Part shown: positions 9,901 through 18,892 of the stretch, piece by piece
How positions within the stretch are numbered: position 1 is the stretch's first letter
Layout of the letters: each line of letters starts with the position of its first letter
Origin: an archaeon
Lineage (GTDB): Archaea; Nanobdellota; Nanobdellia; Pacearchaeales; DTIR01
Reading direction: 5' to 3'
Assembly (NCBI GenBank): GCA_043808285.1
Contig: JAZDFA010000007.1
Coordinates: 29,100 to 93,099, forward strand
Length of the DNA stretch: 64,000 nt
Program-made: the position numbers and the translations under genes
Notes under the pieces: generated by a model
The model's database searches: none
What the model was told of the DNA's origin: nothing
The model's input: the letters and a program-made list of their open reading frames with translations, nothing else

Positions 9901-12900
9901 GGATGGGGCCTTGCAGATAGAAAAAAGTAATGAGATTGATAAACAAAATGGTGTTTCTGATGAATATGCAAAATTTGATCAGGTTCCAATATTGGAATTG
10001 AAAGATACGCTAAAAACAGCTAATATAATAGAAACAGAAACCAAGACACTAGTAATAAAAAAACTAAATGGCGAAGAAAAAAGGAGGAATACTCCTGAAA
10101 ATAAAGAGATAATCCAATATACCAGACAATCTACATCTTTAGGCAAACTTTATATCATCGGAACTCTAAGCGGAGGCCAACTTGCAAGCAATGAAATATA
10201 TCATTATGTTAGTGCGGATAAAACTACAGTGTATTTAACTGAATTATCTGCAGATGAAAAGAAACAGATTCCTGGGGGAATTATTGTAAAACAATTAACT
10301 GCTAAAGATTTAAGTTGCAACAATGTATACAAAAATCCAGAAGTAAAATTCCATGAGAAAGCGCCAGATACTGGATTCCCAGCATTAGTTCCATTAGATA
10401 AAGAAAAAGGATGGTATGTAGCAACAAAACCTGCTGGAATGGGAATCCAATCATATGAATCTTCTGGAAAGATTGTGAGCTTTTGGATATGCAATGTTGG
10501 TGCAAATGGACTTGCAGAATTCTTTAATAATGAAAAAGATGACAGATACTGCAGACAATTTAATTTAGATATTGAAACAATTGACAATAAAAATCTGGGC
10601 ACGATTGGATGTCTTACTGAGAAGGAAACTGCAATATTAGTAAACCATGCACAAGAGGCATTGCGCATTGCGGCTGAAAGGTATGCGAATGGAATTACAA
10701 GCATGAATATTGACGGATTTGGGAATATTCCTATCTCTGCTCCGCCAACAATCACTCCCTCAATTGAATGTGAAGATTTCATGTCTGCAAAGAATTGCAA
10801 TCTGATGTTTAATGTATGTGACCCGGTATTATGCCCTTCAAGCAGATGCAATTATGGGGGAAAATATACTGTTCCAGATGTGGTGCAAACTGGAGTGGTT
10901 GGGGGGATGCTTTTATGCCTGCCAAACTTTGGGAAACCTTCTGAGGGGGGGGTTGCAGTTCCAGTATGTCTATCAGGAATACATGCAGGACTTGAAAATT
11001 ATATAATGATATTAAATGCAACAAAACAATGTCTGCAAGAACAAATAAAAAGTGGGAGAACTGTAGGTATATGCGACCAAATACAATCTGTTTATCTTTG
11101 CGAGTTTTTTTGGAAACAGGCAATGCCTTTGATGAAAATAGGGGTGCCTCAGTTAGTACAGTCCGTATTTGGGAGAGGCGGCGTTGGAGGTGGAGGAGAA
11201 TATATGGATGCTCAAGGTGCATGGACAAATCTTGAAAAATCTACAAATTACTTCACAAATTATTATGGAGTCAATGCATTCAAAGCATTCCAAATGAGGA
11301 GCACAGAAGAAGTTGGAACAGAAGTGTGCAGATCATTCATATCAACAAGGTATCCTACTAGCGCTGATGGATTCAATAAACTTCTAGAACCAGAATCTCC
11401 GACACAATTCACTGCTAAATTCTCAGAGATTGTGATTACTGATGCCACTGTTCCTGCAACATCTCAGTATAAAGTGTATATCTGGGTCTATGCTGGAAAA
11501 GACCAAGGAATTTATTATGATGTATACTTAAAGGGTGCACCAACTACTGCATACTATCAATCTTTAGGCCAAATGCAAGTTCCTGGAGCAGTGGGATATA
11601 TCCCTACAGGGGAAAAAGTAGACCAGACAATAGATTTTACAGGACCTGCAGGGTACAAGGAATTATGTGTAAGAATCAACAATCAGGATAAATGCGGATT
11701 TACACAAGTAACTACTGACTTCGGAGTTGAAGAAATAAAGAATCTCTATCTTAAAGAGCAGGCAACAAATATTATAGAGACAGAAGAAGAATGCATATCT
11801 GGAACACCTACTGTAACTCCAATGATGCAATTAAACATCCAGCAAGGAGTTGAAGAATCTCTAAATCCCCAGATATACAAGCAGGGGATAATAAGAATCT
11901 GTTCTTCAGAAAATCCTGCCAAAACAACTCATCCAAGCAGATATGTTGAAGTTGGCTACTGCACAGACAAGAGCATAAAATGCTGGCTAGATGGAAAATC
12001 TGTAAATCAAAGCATCAGTGATTTAGGACTGGCAAACGAAACATTGGATACTGCGAAGGAATTGATTAAACAGATAGATGCCGAGGGATATCTCACACAA
12101 GACCAGGCTAAGGATAAATTCACTGAAATAGATAATCTAAAGGGAGAGGATAAAAGCAATGTGGGGCTAATGAAAAAAATAGCTCTAGAAGTAGGAACGA
12201 TAAGGAACCAATATAAAATAAGCAAATTAGATACAATGCCTAGCAGAGAAATAAGTGCTAAGATTGATGAGATTATCACGCCGATAATTTCTAGATATAG
12301 AAATATAATTGAAAAATCAATTACAAATGACAATAAAATAAAAGCAAATTTTGAGATTGCCAAGATTTACAATGCAATTACAAAATATCTATATGATGAC
12401 CCAGAAAACAAATTCAAGAGCCAAGCACAAACGCCTGTAGAAAATAAGCCTATTAGCAGTAAGAATATTTTAGATTTGACCAAGATAGTATTTGGTCAGA
12501 GAATAAGTGTTAGTGAGAGCGGACTGAGTGAGGAAGTAATCGTAACAGACATTAGTGGTCTTAGTAAGGGCACATTCTTGGCAAAGGGAGTAACCAGCAA
12601 CACCCTATGGAGATATACATATGACGGTGTAACAAAAACTGGAAGTTGGAACCAAGAAACTGTTACAGCAGCAAATAAACAAGAAATAGAGCAAACAACT
12701 GCAAGAAGTTATGATATAAATCTTGACAAGATGAATAGAGTTACTGTAACATTTAACAAAGATGAGAAGAAGACTCTGCTTTTTAATAAGAATGGATATG
12801 ACGTTTCTGTTGATTTTAGTGGATGGGGGGCAGCAAATGCTCAAAACAAAGCAGTTATTTTATTTAATTCAAAAACATTATCAATTACCTCTACAAAATT

Positions 12901-13582
12901 AGTAGAATATGATTTAGATGGGGACAATAAAAAGGACATAGGAGTAGATGACACTGGAAGGAGCTTTAAATCAGGCTCATACATCTCTCTTATTTTTACA
13001 AGATTAAGCAAAATAAGTTCTAAATGCAGCGAATGCAATGGATTTTTTGCGTTCTGCAGTATGGCACAATGTCATGATAAAGGAGAGTGTTATGTTAATT
13101 ATAATCCTAGTTTCTGGAAAAGTTCAAATACTGATTATGAATGTTTAAGTTGCTGGGAAGACAAAGTAGTAAATTGTAATTTATTTAACAATCTGGATGA
13201 ATGTGAGAACAATAAATGCGGGATATCCGGATGTTTATGGGCTAATGGAAAATGCCAATTAGAATCAGAAAAGCAAGAGCAAATAATCAGCACTGCAAAA
13301 GATTGTGCAAAATGCGGTGCAGGATTGTTCAATGTATGCAATTCAGCAGAAAAATGTAGAGGTCTTGGAAGTTGCTATACTAAGATAGTTGGTGGTTTCC
13401 TTGGATCTTACAACTGTTTAAACTGCGATACAAATACTAAATGCAGCAGTTTAGAAAGAGAAGACGAATGCACATGGAATAAATGCAACCTTGACTGCCT
13501 ATGGGCCGATAACAAAGGATGCCTTTCTGACGAACAGATAGATATCGAAGTGGAAGCTGAGGATAAATGGGGTTATATTTAA
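6965..13582 (+). CDS. Giant (~2200 aa) secreted Cys-rich surface protein
   Basis: Signal peptide; TPR-like ALYSAAQL..ELVEKYPDS; Cys clusters (CDPVLCPSSRC); two C-terminal Cys-rich repeats. Confidence 0.85.
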   Translation: MKKMLVMSGIVIILLACAVVNAQQYFAPSPLSYYSGNINNYWPSYGKEECTARQDFIVQIMPGGCSPAVVRSDLLEEQNVPVFCQLTGIKINPLIQVPKITSISIGRNNMSKDIAGIGFHPARAALRTNGNELTGSPIINNWGYLVVILKKQPIEKNMSKTVEASLNAVIQYQAEETFGIGKASFISPQISDELWQQNYKQYGFWKGKGYVRVSEIGSDSQGEFARVDIYLDANRKLTSLLIREGQTYPQDVYLPGYYCQAALKVAVEGISSEPKPKAKISVNNEVMWVSQGQKIAEDKCTVNTVEQDIYGSGQVEIRCPDKLHKLLLNPAKATLSFEINGKETEKTVGVKEIIDSGTGAFVAFIGDTGKAANDKIRGINKQFIVIGKPNNIIMTDTHYDLISFKTRKIIEGDKFNGFGKLTSQNALSFLANLKNLFNVGDKVPNIAENDDFDAAKALTETEFKAQLAAKLKKQFGDKIEFEVSMQEEKKDSLFGNKIIENFIFKGLESSYDREYSQDIGSVMEENYKNAIEEYRNIQTSYGEEKSTYEEGWKDEPIGAQALYSAAQLARYLEKFKTEAEILTELVEKYPDSKISEDALIHLQTLKQNDMTNAVSTAFISGKSYSMALEEVKDVSLNDKGVTLLVNGNQGKYTVGDIIWEDVVIKDIKDEYITIESKTLTISKPALKKKDVINIPYKAKKADAKGDIIETPETITVQVVDIMLVKEARIKLTPLVERTETQTNFTFKIGIEKRALKLSDAKAKEIITELDATIAQWKKLNNDLGNLIKAWKGTCFITSTYLIGQSFFSSFGGGSSARNKVMRGGGGWWEKCTQLVNEDPKYNKDVHKCLAENNDEIEQEVSVMKNSLGNVDAKVKATTKMVQGSNLLANMKDTKASTAAYGADIKTRYARQGMDLSDTFKKEQFDYVINNIDKSGAYSSDLKEIDLWTGVYNDPKSTTDQKEQAKKKLLSIMEPMKSDVDGALQIEKSNEIDKQNGVSDEYAKFDQVPILELKDTLKTANIIETETKTLVIKKLNGEEKRRNTPENKEIIQYTRQSTSLGKLYIIGTLSGGQLASNEIYHYVSADKTTVYLTELSADEKKQIPGGIIVKQLTAKDLSCNNVYKNPEVKFHEKAPDTGFPALVPLDKEKGWYVATKPAGMGIQSYESSGKIVSFWICNVGANGLAEFFNNEKDDRYCRQFNLDIETIDNKNLGTIGCLTEKETAILVNHAQEALRIAAERYANGITSMNIDGFGNIPISAPPTITPSIECEDFMSAKNCNLMFNVCDPVLCPSSRCNYGGKYTVPDVVQTGVVGGMLLCLPNFGKPSEGGVAVPVCLSGIHAGLENYIMILNATKQCLQEQIKSGRTVGICDQIQSVYLCEFFWKQAMPLMKIGVPQLVQSVFGRGGVGGGGEYMDAQGAWTNLEKSTNYFTNYYGVNAFKAFQMRSTEEVGTEVCRSFISTRYPTSADGFNKLLEPESPTQFTAKFSEIVITDATVPATSQYKVYIWVYAGKDQGIYYDVYLKGAPTTAYYQSLGQMQVPGAVGYIPTGEKVDQTIDFTGPAGYKELCVRINNQDKCGFTQVTTDFGVEEIKNLYLKEQATNIIETEEECISGTPTVTPMMQLNIQQGVEESLNPQIYKQGIIRICSSENPAKTTHPSRYVEVGYCTDKSIKCWLDGKSVNQSISDLGLANETLDTAKELIKQIDAEGYLTQDQAKDKFTEIDNLKGEDKSNVGLMKKIALEVGTIRNQYKISKLDTMPSREISAKIDEIITPIISRYRNIIEKSITNDNKIKANFEIAKIYNAITKYLYDDPENKFKSQAQTPVENKPISSKNILDLTKIVFGQRISVSESGLSEEVIVTDISGLSKGTFLAKGVTSNTLWRYTYDGVTKTGSWNQETVTAANKQEIEQTTARSYDINLDKMNRVTVTFNKDEKKTLLFNKNGYDVSVDFSGWGAANAQNKAVILFNSKTLSITSTKLVEYDLDGDNKKDIGVDDTGRSFKSGSYISLIFTRLSKISSKCSECNGFFAFCSMAQCHDKGECYVNYNPSFWKSSNTDYECLSCWEDKVVNCNLFNNLDECENNKCGISGCLWANGKCQLESEKQEQIISTAKDCAKCGAGLFNVCNSAEKCRGLGSCYTKIVGGFLGSYNCLNCDTNTKCSSLEREDECTWNKCNLDCLWADNKGCLSDEQIDIEVEAEDKWGYI

Positions 13583-13596
13583 CAAGGTTGATTAAA

Positions 13597-14841
13597 ATGC
13601 AAAAAAATGCTTCATTTGCAGGATTGATTTTTTTTTCAACCATGGTTATGGTGTTGCTTATAACAATCGCATTGATAGATTCAAAACCAACTATCAGCGG
13701 CTATGCAGCTTCTTCATTAAATACTATTGACTCAATAAGCTATTCTGCTTCTGAATTTCAAAATGCGCAATATGAGGCAGATTATAAATCGAAAAAAAGC
13801 ACTTATGAGATTGTAGATAAATATGCAGAACAATATGACATAAGCTTTAATCTTGTTCGCGCAATAATCAGAATGGAAAGCTCCTGGAAGCATACTACCT
13901 CTCCAAATAACAAGGGAGCTGTGGGAATAATGCAGCTTAGAACTACTGCAACAGATGACATGAGAAATGAAGAGGGAGCATGTTCTGATTTTTGCCGCAA
14001 TCTTAAAGTAGATAGAAATAATCTTGATGATAATATTCATGGAGGAATTTGTTATCTTGCATGCCAAAAAGAAAGGTTTGGAATCTATAACAGCCCAAAA
14101 CTTATTATCGCGGCATATAAGGAAGGTCCAAGTGCAGTAGACAAAAAATGCATAACCTGCTGGTTTTGCAAGCAAAAAACATATGATGTTTGCACTAGCA
14201 AATTAGACAGCATAACAGTAGATTATGTCTCAGATGTTGCAACAGGTTATGAGGATTATGCCTCAAACTCCCAGATGGAAAACAATAAAGACATTGCCTC
14301 AGGTTCAAAGATAGTGGTAGTAGATGCAGGGCATGGGGGCAAAGATACTGGAGCGACAAGCTCTTCAGGATATCCTGAAAAAACAGTGACTCTTGCTATC
14401 GCCAAAGAGCTTGAAACTCAGCTTAAACAGCAGGGAATCAATGTCATAATGACGAGGAATTCAGATGTTTATCCTACCCTGACTGAAAGGGTTGAAATCG
14501 CAAATAGCAACAATGCAAACCTATTCATTAGCATTCATGCAAATTCTGCCAAAACAAAGCCATGCTCTGCAAATGGTCCTGAAGTCTGGTCTTATGATTC
14601 TGCAAAAAGCAAGGAGATGGCAAAATCAGTTGTAGATGAAATAAGCACTGCCTTGAATGCCAATAACCGAGGTACAAAAACAACCTCAAATCTTTATGTA
14701 CTCAAAAAAACAAAAATGCCTGCGATACTTGTTGAAGTGGGGTTCATATGCAATCAGGGAGATTTTAATATAATCACAAATCCTTCAAAGCAAAGACAGA
14801 TTGCTGCTGCGATTTCCCAATCAGCAAGCATGTATGCATGA
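13597..14841 (+). CDS. Membrane-anchored lytic transglycosylase (SLT) + N-acetylmuramoyl-L-alanine amidase (Amidase_3) fusion
   Basis: SLT motifs AIIRMESS, GAVGIMQL, NIHGGICYL, AAYKEGP; amidase motifs VVDAGHGG, EK, FISIHAN, PAILVEVGF; N-terminal TM. Confidence 0.92.
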   Translation: MQKNASFAGLIFFSTMVMVLLITIALIDSKPTISGYAASSLNTIDSISYSASEFQNAQYEADYKSKKSTYEIVDKYAEQYDISFNLVRAIIRMESSWKHTTSPNNKGAVGIMQLRTTATDDMRNEEGACSDFCRNLKVDRNNLDDNIHGGICYLACQKERFGIYNSPKLIIAAYKEGPSAVDKKCITCWFCKQKTYDVCTSKLDSITVDYVSDVATGYEDYASNSQMENNKDIASGSKIVVVDAGHGGKDTGATSSSGYPEKTVTLAIAKELETQLKQQGINVIMTRNSDVYPTLTERVEIANSNNANLFISIHANSAKTKPCSANGPEVWSYDSAKSKEMAKSVVDEISTALNANNRGTKTTSNLYVLKKTKMPAILVEVGFICNQGDFNIITNPSKQRQIAAAISQSASMYA

Positions 14842-14904
14842 TTTTTTCTTAGAATAAAGATTATTTGGAAGTGAATTTAAGCAACACCCGCGGATTATTC
14901 CAAA

Positions 14905-16209
14905 CTAATTATTCCATAATTCTGACTTATAAAGATAATAGACCTTTTTTAGCTGCCTAAGAAAATTATTCTTCCCATTGCCCAGACTGCATATCCCGAG
15001 ATATTCCTCATTGGGGTTAATAAAATTCTTCATCCTTTTCTTTAATTCCTCCTCGCTTATATTGGGGCTGCCCTGCTTTATCAATTCTATATCAAAAGCA
15101 TCATGCTCCAGGGGGTCTGTGGTTTTCCACCATTCATCTGTCCATTCAAATATAACTCCTCCTAGGGAATTCCTATTTCCAGAACCCGCAAAATTTGATG
15201 AAATAGTCTTCCAGCATCTTGAATGTATCTCTGCCTGTATGCTCTCATCCTCTTCAAGTTTCCCATTATTATATGAAGAAGTTCCATATTCTGTGATTAT
15301 AACCGGTTTGCCAATATTTTTTTTTACAGCAGAAAATAATTGGTTACCTGCCTTATCAAGATCAAATGCATTTGCCCCGAATATATCTATATCTGGGATA
15401 TATTTTGCCATGGCTCCCACGAAATGCGTGCTTGTATTACAGAGTATTACTGGATGTTTTTTGTCATTCTTGTGTATAACCTTTGCCACATCATTTACAA
15501 AAGAATAATATTCTTTAGGATAGATTGCTGCATTTGTTCTTGTTCCCATATGAGTATTTTCATTTCCAAGAACCCATCCAAGCACGAATGGCTCATTCTT
15601 ATAAGATTTTACTATTGAAATTACCTCTTCAAGCATCTTTTTTTTATGATCTGGATTTGTGTAATCTGTTCCTTCTTGCCATGATGCTCCAGAACCTTTA
15701 GTGTAAGCGCCGAGATAATCCCCAACAAGAACCATGACGCCATACTTTTTATACAAGTCATTAAGCGTCTTTTTTGATTCCTCTTCACTAAAATCTCTTA
15801 TGTGGTAGATTCTTATTGTATTGACGCCCATTTCCTTCATTATAGAGAAATCCCCCTTACGAGGTTCATTCACATCCTGTACATTGTTTTTGTTGGCATC
15901 AATAAATGATTCGTAAGGTGCGTTCGCTTTGCCATTTTTGTCAGAATCCTCGTTCATCCAGTCAAACCTTACTATCTGCGGGGAATATCCCGGCGGGGTT
16001 GGTTCGTATACCATTCCCTTGACTATGTATCTCTTTTTGTTGACAAAAAGATTCCAGTCATCCTTTATTTTTTTGACCTCTACATATGATGGTTTAGTTT
16101 CAATATACTTTCTGATGCTTAGAGTGCTACACCCATTAAGAAGAACAATTGAAAAAAGACCTACACCTAAAACACATTTTGCTATAAGAGACTCCAGATT
16201 TTTTCTCAT
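14905..16209 (-). CDS. Clan GH-A (GH2-like TIM barrel) glycoside hydrolase, lipoprotein-like
   Basis: MGVNTIRIY; WVLGNE (acid/base); IITEYG (nucleophile); FEWTDEWWK; lipobox-like LLNGC. Confidence 0.85.
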   Translation of the reverse strand: MRKNLESLIAKCVLGVGLFSIVLLNGCSTLSIRKYIETKPSYVEVKKIKDDWNLFVNKKRYIVKGMVYEPTPPGYSPQIVRFDWMNEDSDKNGKANAPYESFIDANKNNVQDVNEPRKGDFSIMKEMGVNTIRIYHIRDFSEEESKKTLNDLYKKYGVMVLVGDYLGAYTKGSGASWQEGTDYTNPDHKKKMLEEVISIVKSYKNEPFVLGWVLGNENTHMGTRTNAAIYPKEYYSFVNDVAKVIHKNDKKHPVILCNTSTHFVGAMAKYIPDIDIFGANAFDLDKAGNQLFSAVKKNIGKPVIITEYGTSSYNNGKLEEDESIQAEIHSRCWKTISSNFAGSGNRNSLGGVIFEWTDEWWKTTDPLEHDAFDIELIKQGSPNISEEELKKRMKNFINPNEEYLGICSLGNGKNNFLRQLKKVYYLYKSELWNN

Positions 16210-16331
16210 TTTTTTCTAATGATCTGCCATTATTATAATTATATGATGAGAAACTTAAAAAACCTTCTCAATAGTTCGCTTAAACGCCCTTTTTGCCCCC
16301 GACATCGGGCGATTATGCCATTGAGTATGGA

Positions 16332-16415
16332 TGCGGGAGATAGGATTCGAACCTATGAAGGCACTAAGCCACCAGGTCCTAAGCCTGGTCCGTTTGGCCA
16401 CTCCGGCACCCCCGC
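16332..16415 (-). tRNA. tRNA-Leu(TAG)
   Basis: Reverse complement GCGGGGG..CTCCCGCA; CCAGG-CTTAGGA-CCTGG; long variable arm. Confidence 0.95.
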
Positions 16416-16504
16416 ATGAATAAAAATGATGCCAAAATCCCTCTGGATTTTTATGAATTTACAAATAGGGAAATAGCTATATAAAATTATAGATTAGAAG
16501 AAGT

Positions 16505-16747
16505 TTAAGATGACTGTGCAGAAGGAGTGATAAAGATTATTGTATCTCCCCTTATGAATGCTAAACCCACGTTTCTCTTCACTTGGTTATTCTGTATCTC
16601 TTTTGTATTATCCATCACAATGTTTATATGGATATCAAATGCTAACAGAGTTCCAACGATTTGTACGTCGTTTTTCAATTGCACTAAAACTTCCTTGCCC
16701 TTGCTTGAATTCAATAAATCAAGTGGTCTTTCGATTCCGTTAACCAT
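16505..16747 (-). CDS. Sm-like (Lsm/SmAP) RNA-binding protein
   Basis: RPLDLLN..GTLLAFDIHINIVM..FIRGDTI, Sm1 and Sm2 motifs. Confidence 0.93.
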   Translation of the reverse strand: MVNGIERPLDLLNSSKGKEVLVQLKNDVQIVGTLLAFDIHINIVMDNTKEIQNNQVKRNVGLAFIRGDTIIFITPSAQSS

Positions 16748-16787
16748 GTTTAAGGTTTGAAAGAAGACTTTTTAAATCTTTTTATAA

Positions 16788-16918
16788 TGTCAAGAACACT
16801 CGACAACTCATGTGTTCTTGAGCACAAAAAAATCATTTGGATTTTCTGTGCCGAAAATTCATTAGGAATTTCCTTGCATCCTAAAATTCCTAAAATCAAC
16901 TAGAGGAATTTTTTGATA
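16788..16918 (-). mobile_element. Modular hairpin element, copy 1 (modules A-B-C)
   Basis: Reverse complement matches 43648-43820 (ATCAAAAAATTCCT..GGAATTTTAGGATGCAAGGAAATTC..TCAAGAACAC..GTGTTCTTGACA). Confidence 0.8.
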
Positions 16919-17012
16919 CAAAATAAAATTGCTATGATGTTCTTGAAAGAATAATTTTAGGGGGAGAAACCGAATACAAAATATTTATAAAGCATATTTT
17001 TATGATTAAAAT

Positions 17013-17375
17013 ATGAAAGGAAGAAAAATTTCTGGTGGAAAATACAGAAGCATAAGAAAGAAGAAACACTACGAAATGCCTGGCAAAGTGAGGCAGGTAA
17101 AGCTTAGCAAGGAAAAGAAAAAAGAGATGAGGGTGAGGGGTGGAGATGTAAAGACAGTGCTTCTTGCTGCTGACAAAGTTAATATTATTGACCCAAAGAC
17201 AAAAAAATGCAAGAGAGTTTCTATAAAGAATGTAGTTGAAACGCCGTCTAACAGATTCCTTTCAAGACAAAACGTGATAACAAAGGGCGCAATAATCGAC
17301 ACAGATTTAGGAAAGGCAAGAGTAACAAACAGGCCAAGCCAAGAAGCAGTTATAAATGCCGTATTGATTGAGTAA
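17013..17375 (+). CDS. rps8e: 30S ribosomal protein S8e
   Basis: RVRGG; NVITKGAIIDTDLGKARVTNRPSQ. Confidence 0.95.
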   Translation: MKGRKISGGKYRSIRKKKHYEMPGKVRQVKLSKEKKKEMRVRGGDVKTVLLAADKVNIIDPKTKKCKRVSIKNVVETPSNRFLSRQNVITKGAIIDTDLGKARVTNRPSQEAVINAVLIE

Positions 17376-17492
17376 GAAGAAGAATTTTTTTCTAAGAAAA
17401 GCAGTTTATAAAGATTCCGAAAGGTTTATAAATAATCATAGGAAATATTTATAAATACTTAAAAAAACCTTTTAAAAACTTCTTTTAAAGAA

Positions 17493-18431
17493 ATGGTTAC
17501 ACAATTCATAAAAAAATGCCCGGAATGCGGAAGCATAAGCCTCATGCATGACGAACAGAGGGGAGAAATTATCTGCAATGACTGTGGGTTAGTAGTAGAA
17601 GACAAGATGATTGATATGGGCCAGGAGTGGAGCCATTCTGAAGAGGGTGAGAAAAAGGGAAGGGGTGGGGCTCCAATGAGCATGCAAAAGTTCGACAAGG
17701 GGCTTACAACCAACATAGGAGAGATTTCTGATATATACAAGCTAGAAGGAGCAAAACAAACCAGAAAATTCTTAAGGCTAAAGAAATGGCAAGAAAGAGT
17801 TTCAACAAGCATTGAGAGAAATCTAAGATTGGCGATGTCTGAATTAAGAAGAGTCGCATCATATCTGAGTCTGCCAAATGTTGTGAGAGAAGAGGCTTCA
17901 AGAGTTTATAATTTTGTATTGCAAAGAGGATTTGTAAGAGGCAGGAGCATGGAATCAGTAATTGCTGCTTGCATTTATGCTGCATGTAGAAGCTACAATA
18001 TCCCAAGAACATTGGACGAGATTGCGGTTGCATCAGATGTTGAAAGAAAAGAAATCGGAAGAACTTTCAGATTCATAACAAGAAAGCTGGCTATTAAAGT
18101 TACCCCCTCAAACCCCAAGGATTACATTTCTAGATTCTCTTCAATACTTCATTTGTCCCCTAAAACTCAAAATGATGCGTTAAAGATACTCAAAAAAGCA
18201 GAGAATTCTGAATTAACAAGCGGGAGAGGTCCTGCAGGGATTGCTGCAGCAGCGTTGTATGTTTCAGCATTGTTAAACAACGAAAAGAAAACACAAAGGG
18301 AAGTGGCAGATGTCGCAGGAATAACTGAAGTAACAATAAGAAACAGGTACAAAGAACTTCTTGACAAGCTTGATCTGGGAGATAAATTAAGAATAAAAGA
18401 AGCTGAAGGAAAAGAAGGCAAGAAGAAGTAA
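17493..18431 (+). CDS. tfb: Transcription initiation factor IIB
   Basis: CPECGS..CNDCG zinc ribbon; two cyclin folds; TQREVADVAGITEVTIRNRYKEL. Confidence 0.97.
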   Translation: MVTQFIKKCPECGSISLMHDEQRGEIICNDCGLVVEDKMIDMGQEWSHSEEGEKKGRGGAPMSMQKFDKGLTTNIGEISDIYKLEGAKQTRKFLRLKKWQERVSTSIERNLRLAMSELRRVASYLSLPNVVREEASRVYNFVLQRGFVRGRSMESVIAACIYAACRSYNIPRTLDEIAVASDVERKEIGRTFRFITRKLAIKVTPSNPKDYISRFSSILHLSPKTQNDALKILKKAENSELTSGRGPAGIAAAALYVSALLNNEKKTQREVADVAGITEVTIRNRYKELLDKLDLGDKLRIKEAEGKEGKKK

Positions 18432-18487
18432 TGCTAGTTGCAAACGTTATTTCCCACAAGCATTTTGTTTATAAATAATTTTTACAT

Positions 18488-18892
18488 ATGATTATTATGC
18501 CAAAATTGACCGATAAAATTTCCATGTTAGAAGAAAAATTTGCAAAGAAAATAGGAGATATAAAAATCCCTGTTCCGGGTGATGGAATAAAAGGAGAAAT
18601 AAATGTCCAGGAATTGCTGCTTAAAATGGGTAATTCTTTTGTTGACATATACTATAAGGGAGATGCACAAAAATGTGATTACCTCAAAAAGGTCTTGAAG
18701 ACAAAATTATACCCCGCAATTGATTATATCATGACAGAGAAAGAAATTTCTTTGCTTAATGAAGAGGCAAATAAAATATACGAGAAAATCAAGACCAAGC
18801 TCAAATCAGAAAAGGATACATATGGCAAGGGAAGGGCATTAAAGATTATTGATAAAGCCTGCGAGCATAAAGTCAAAGGAATTTCAAGCTAA
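18488..18892 (+). CDS. Hypothetical protein
   Basis: 134-aa ORF with TATA (TTTATAAA) just upstream; no motif recognised. Confidence 0.6.
   Translation: MIIMPKLTDKISMLEEKFAKKIGDIKIPVPGDGIKGEINVQELLLKMGNSFVDIYYKGDAQKCDYLKKVLKTKLYPAIDYIMTEKEISLLNEEANKIYEKIKTKLKSEKDTYGKGRALKIIDKACEHKVKGISS

Noticed and set aside
8908-10851. Long antisense ORFs (194 aa, 215 aa) and similar shadows elsewhere
   Set aside because: Opposite real genes; Ser/Phe/Leu-rich mirror composition, no motifs
16219-16419. 66-aa ORF
   Set aside because: Antisense reading of tRNA-Leu
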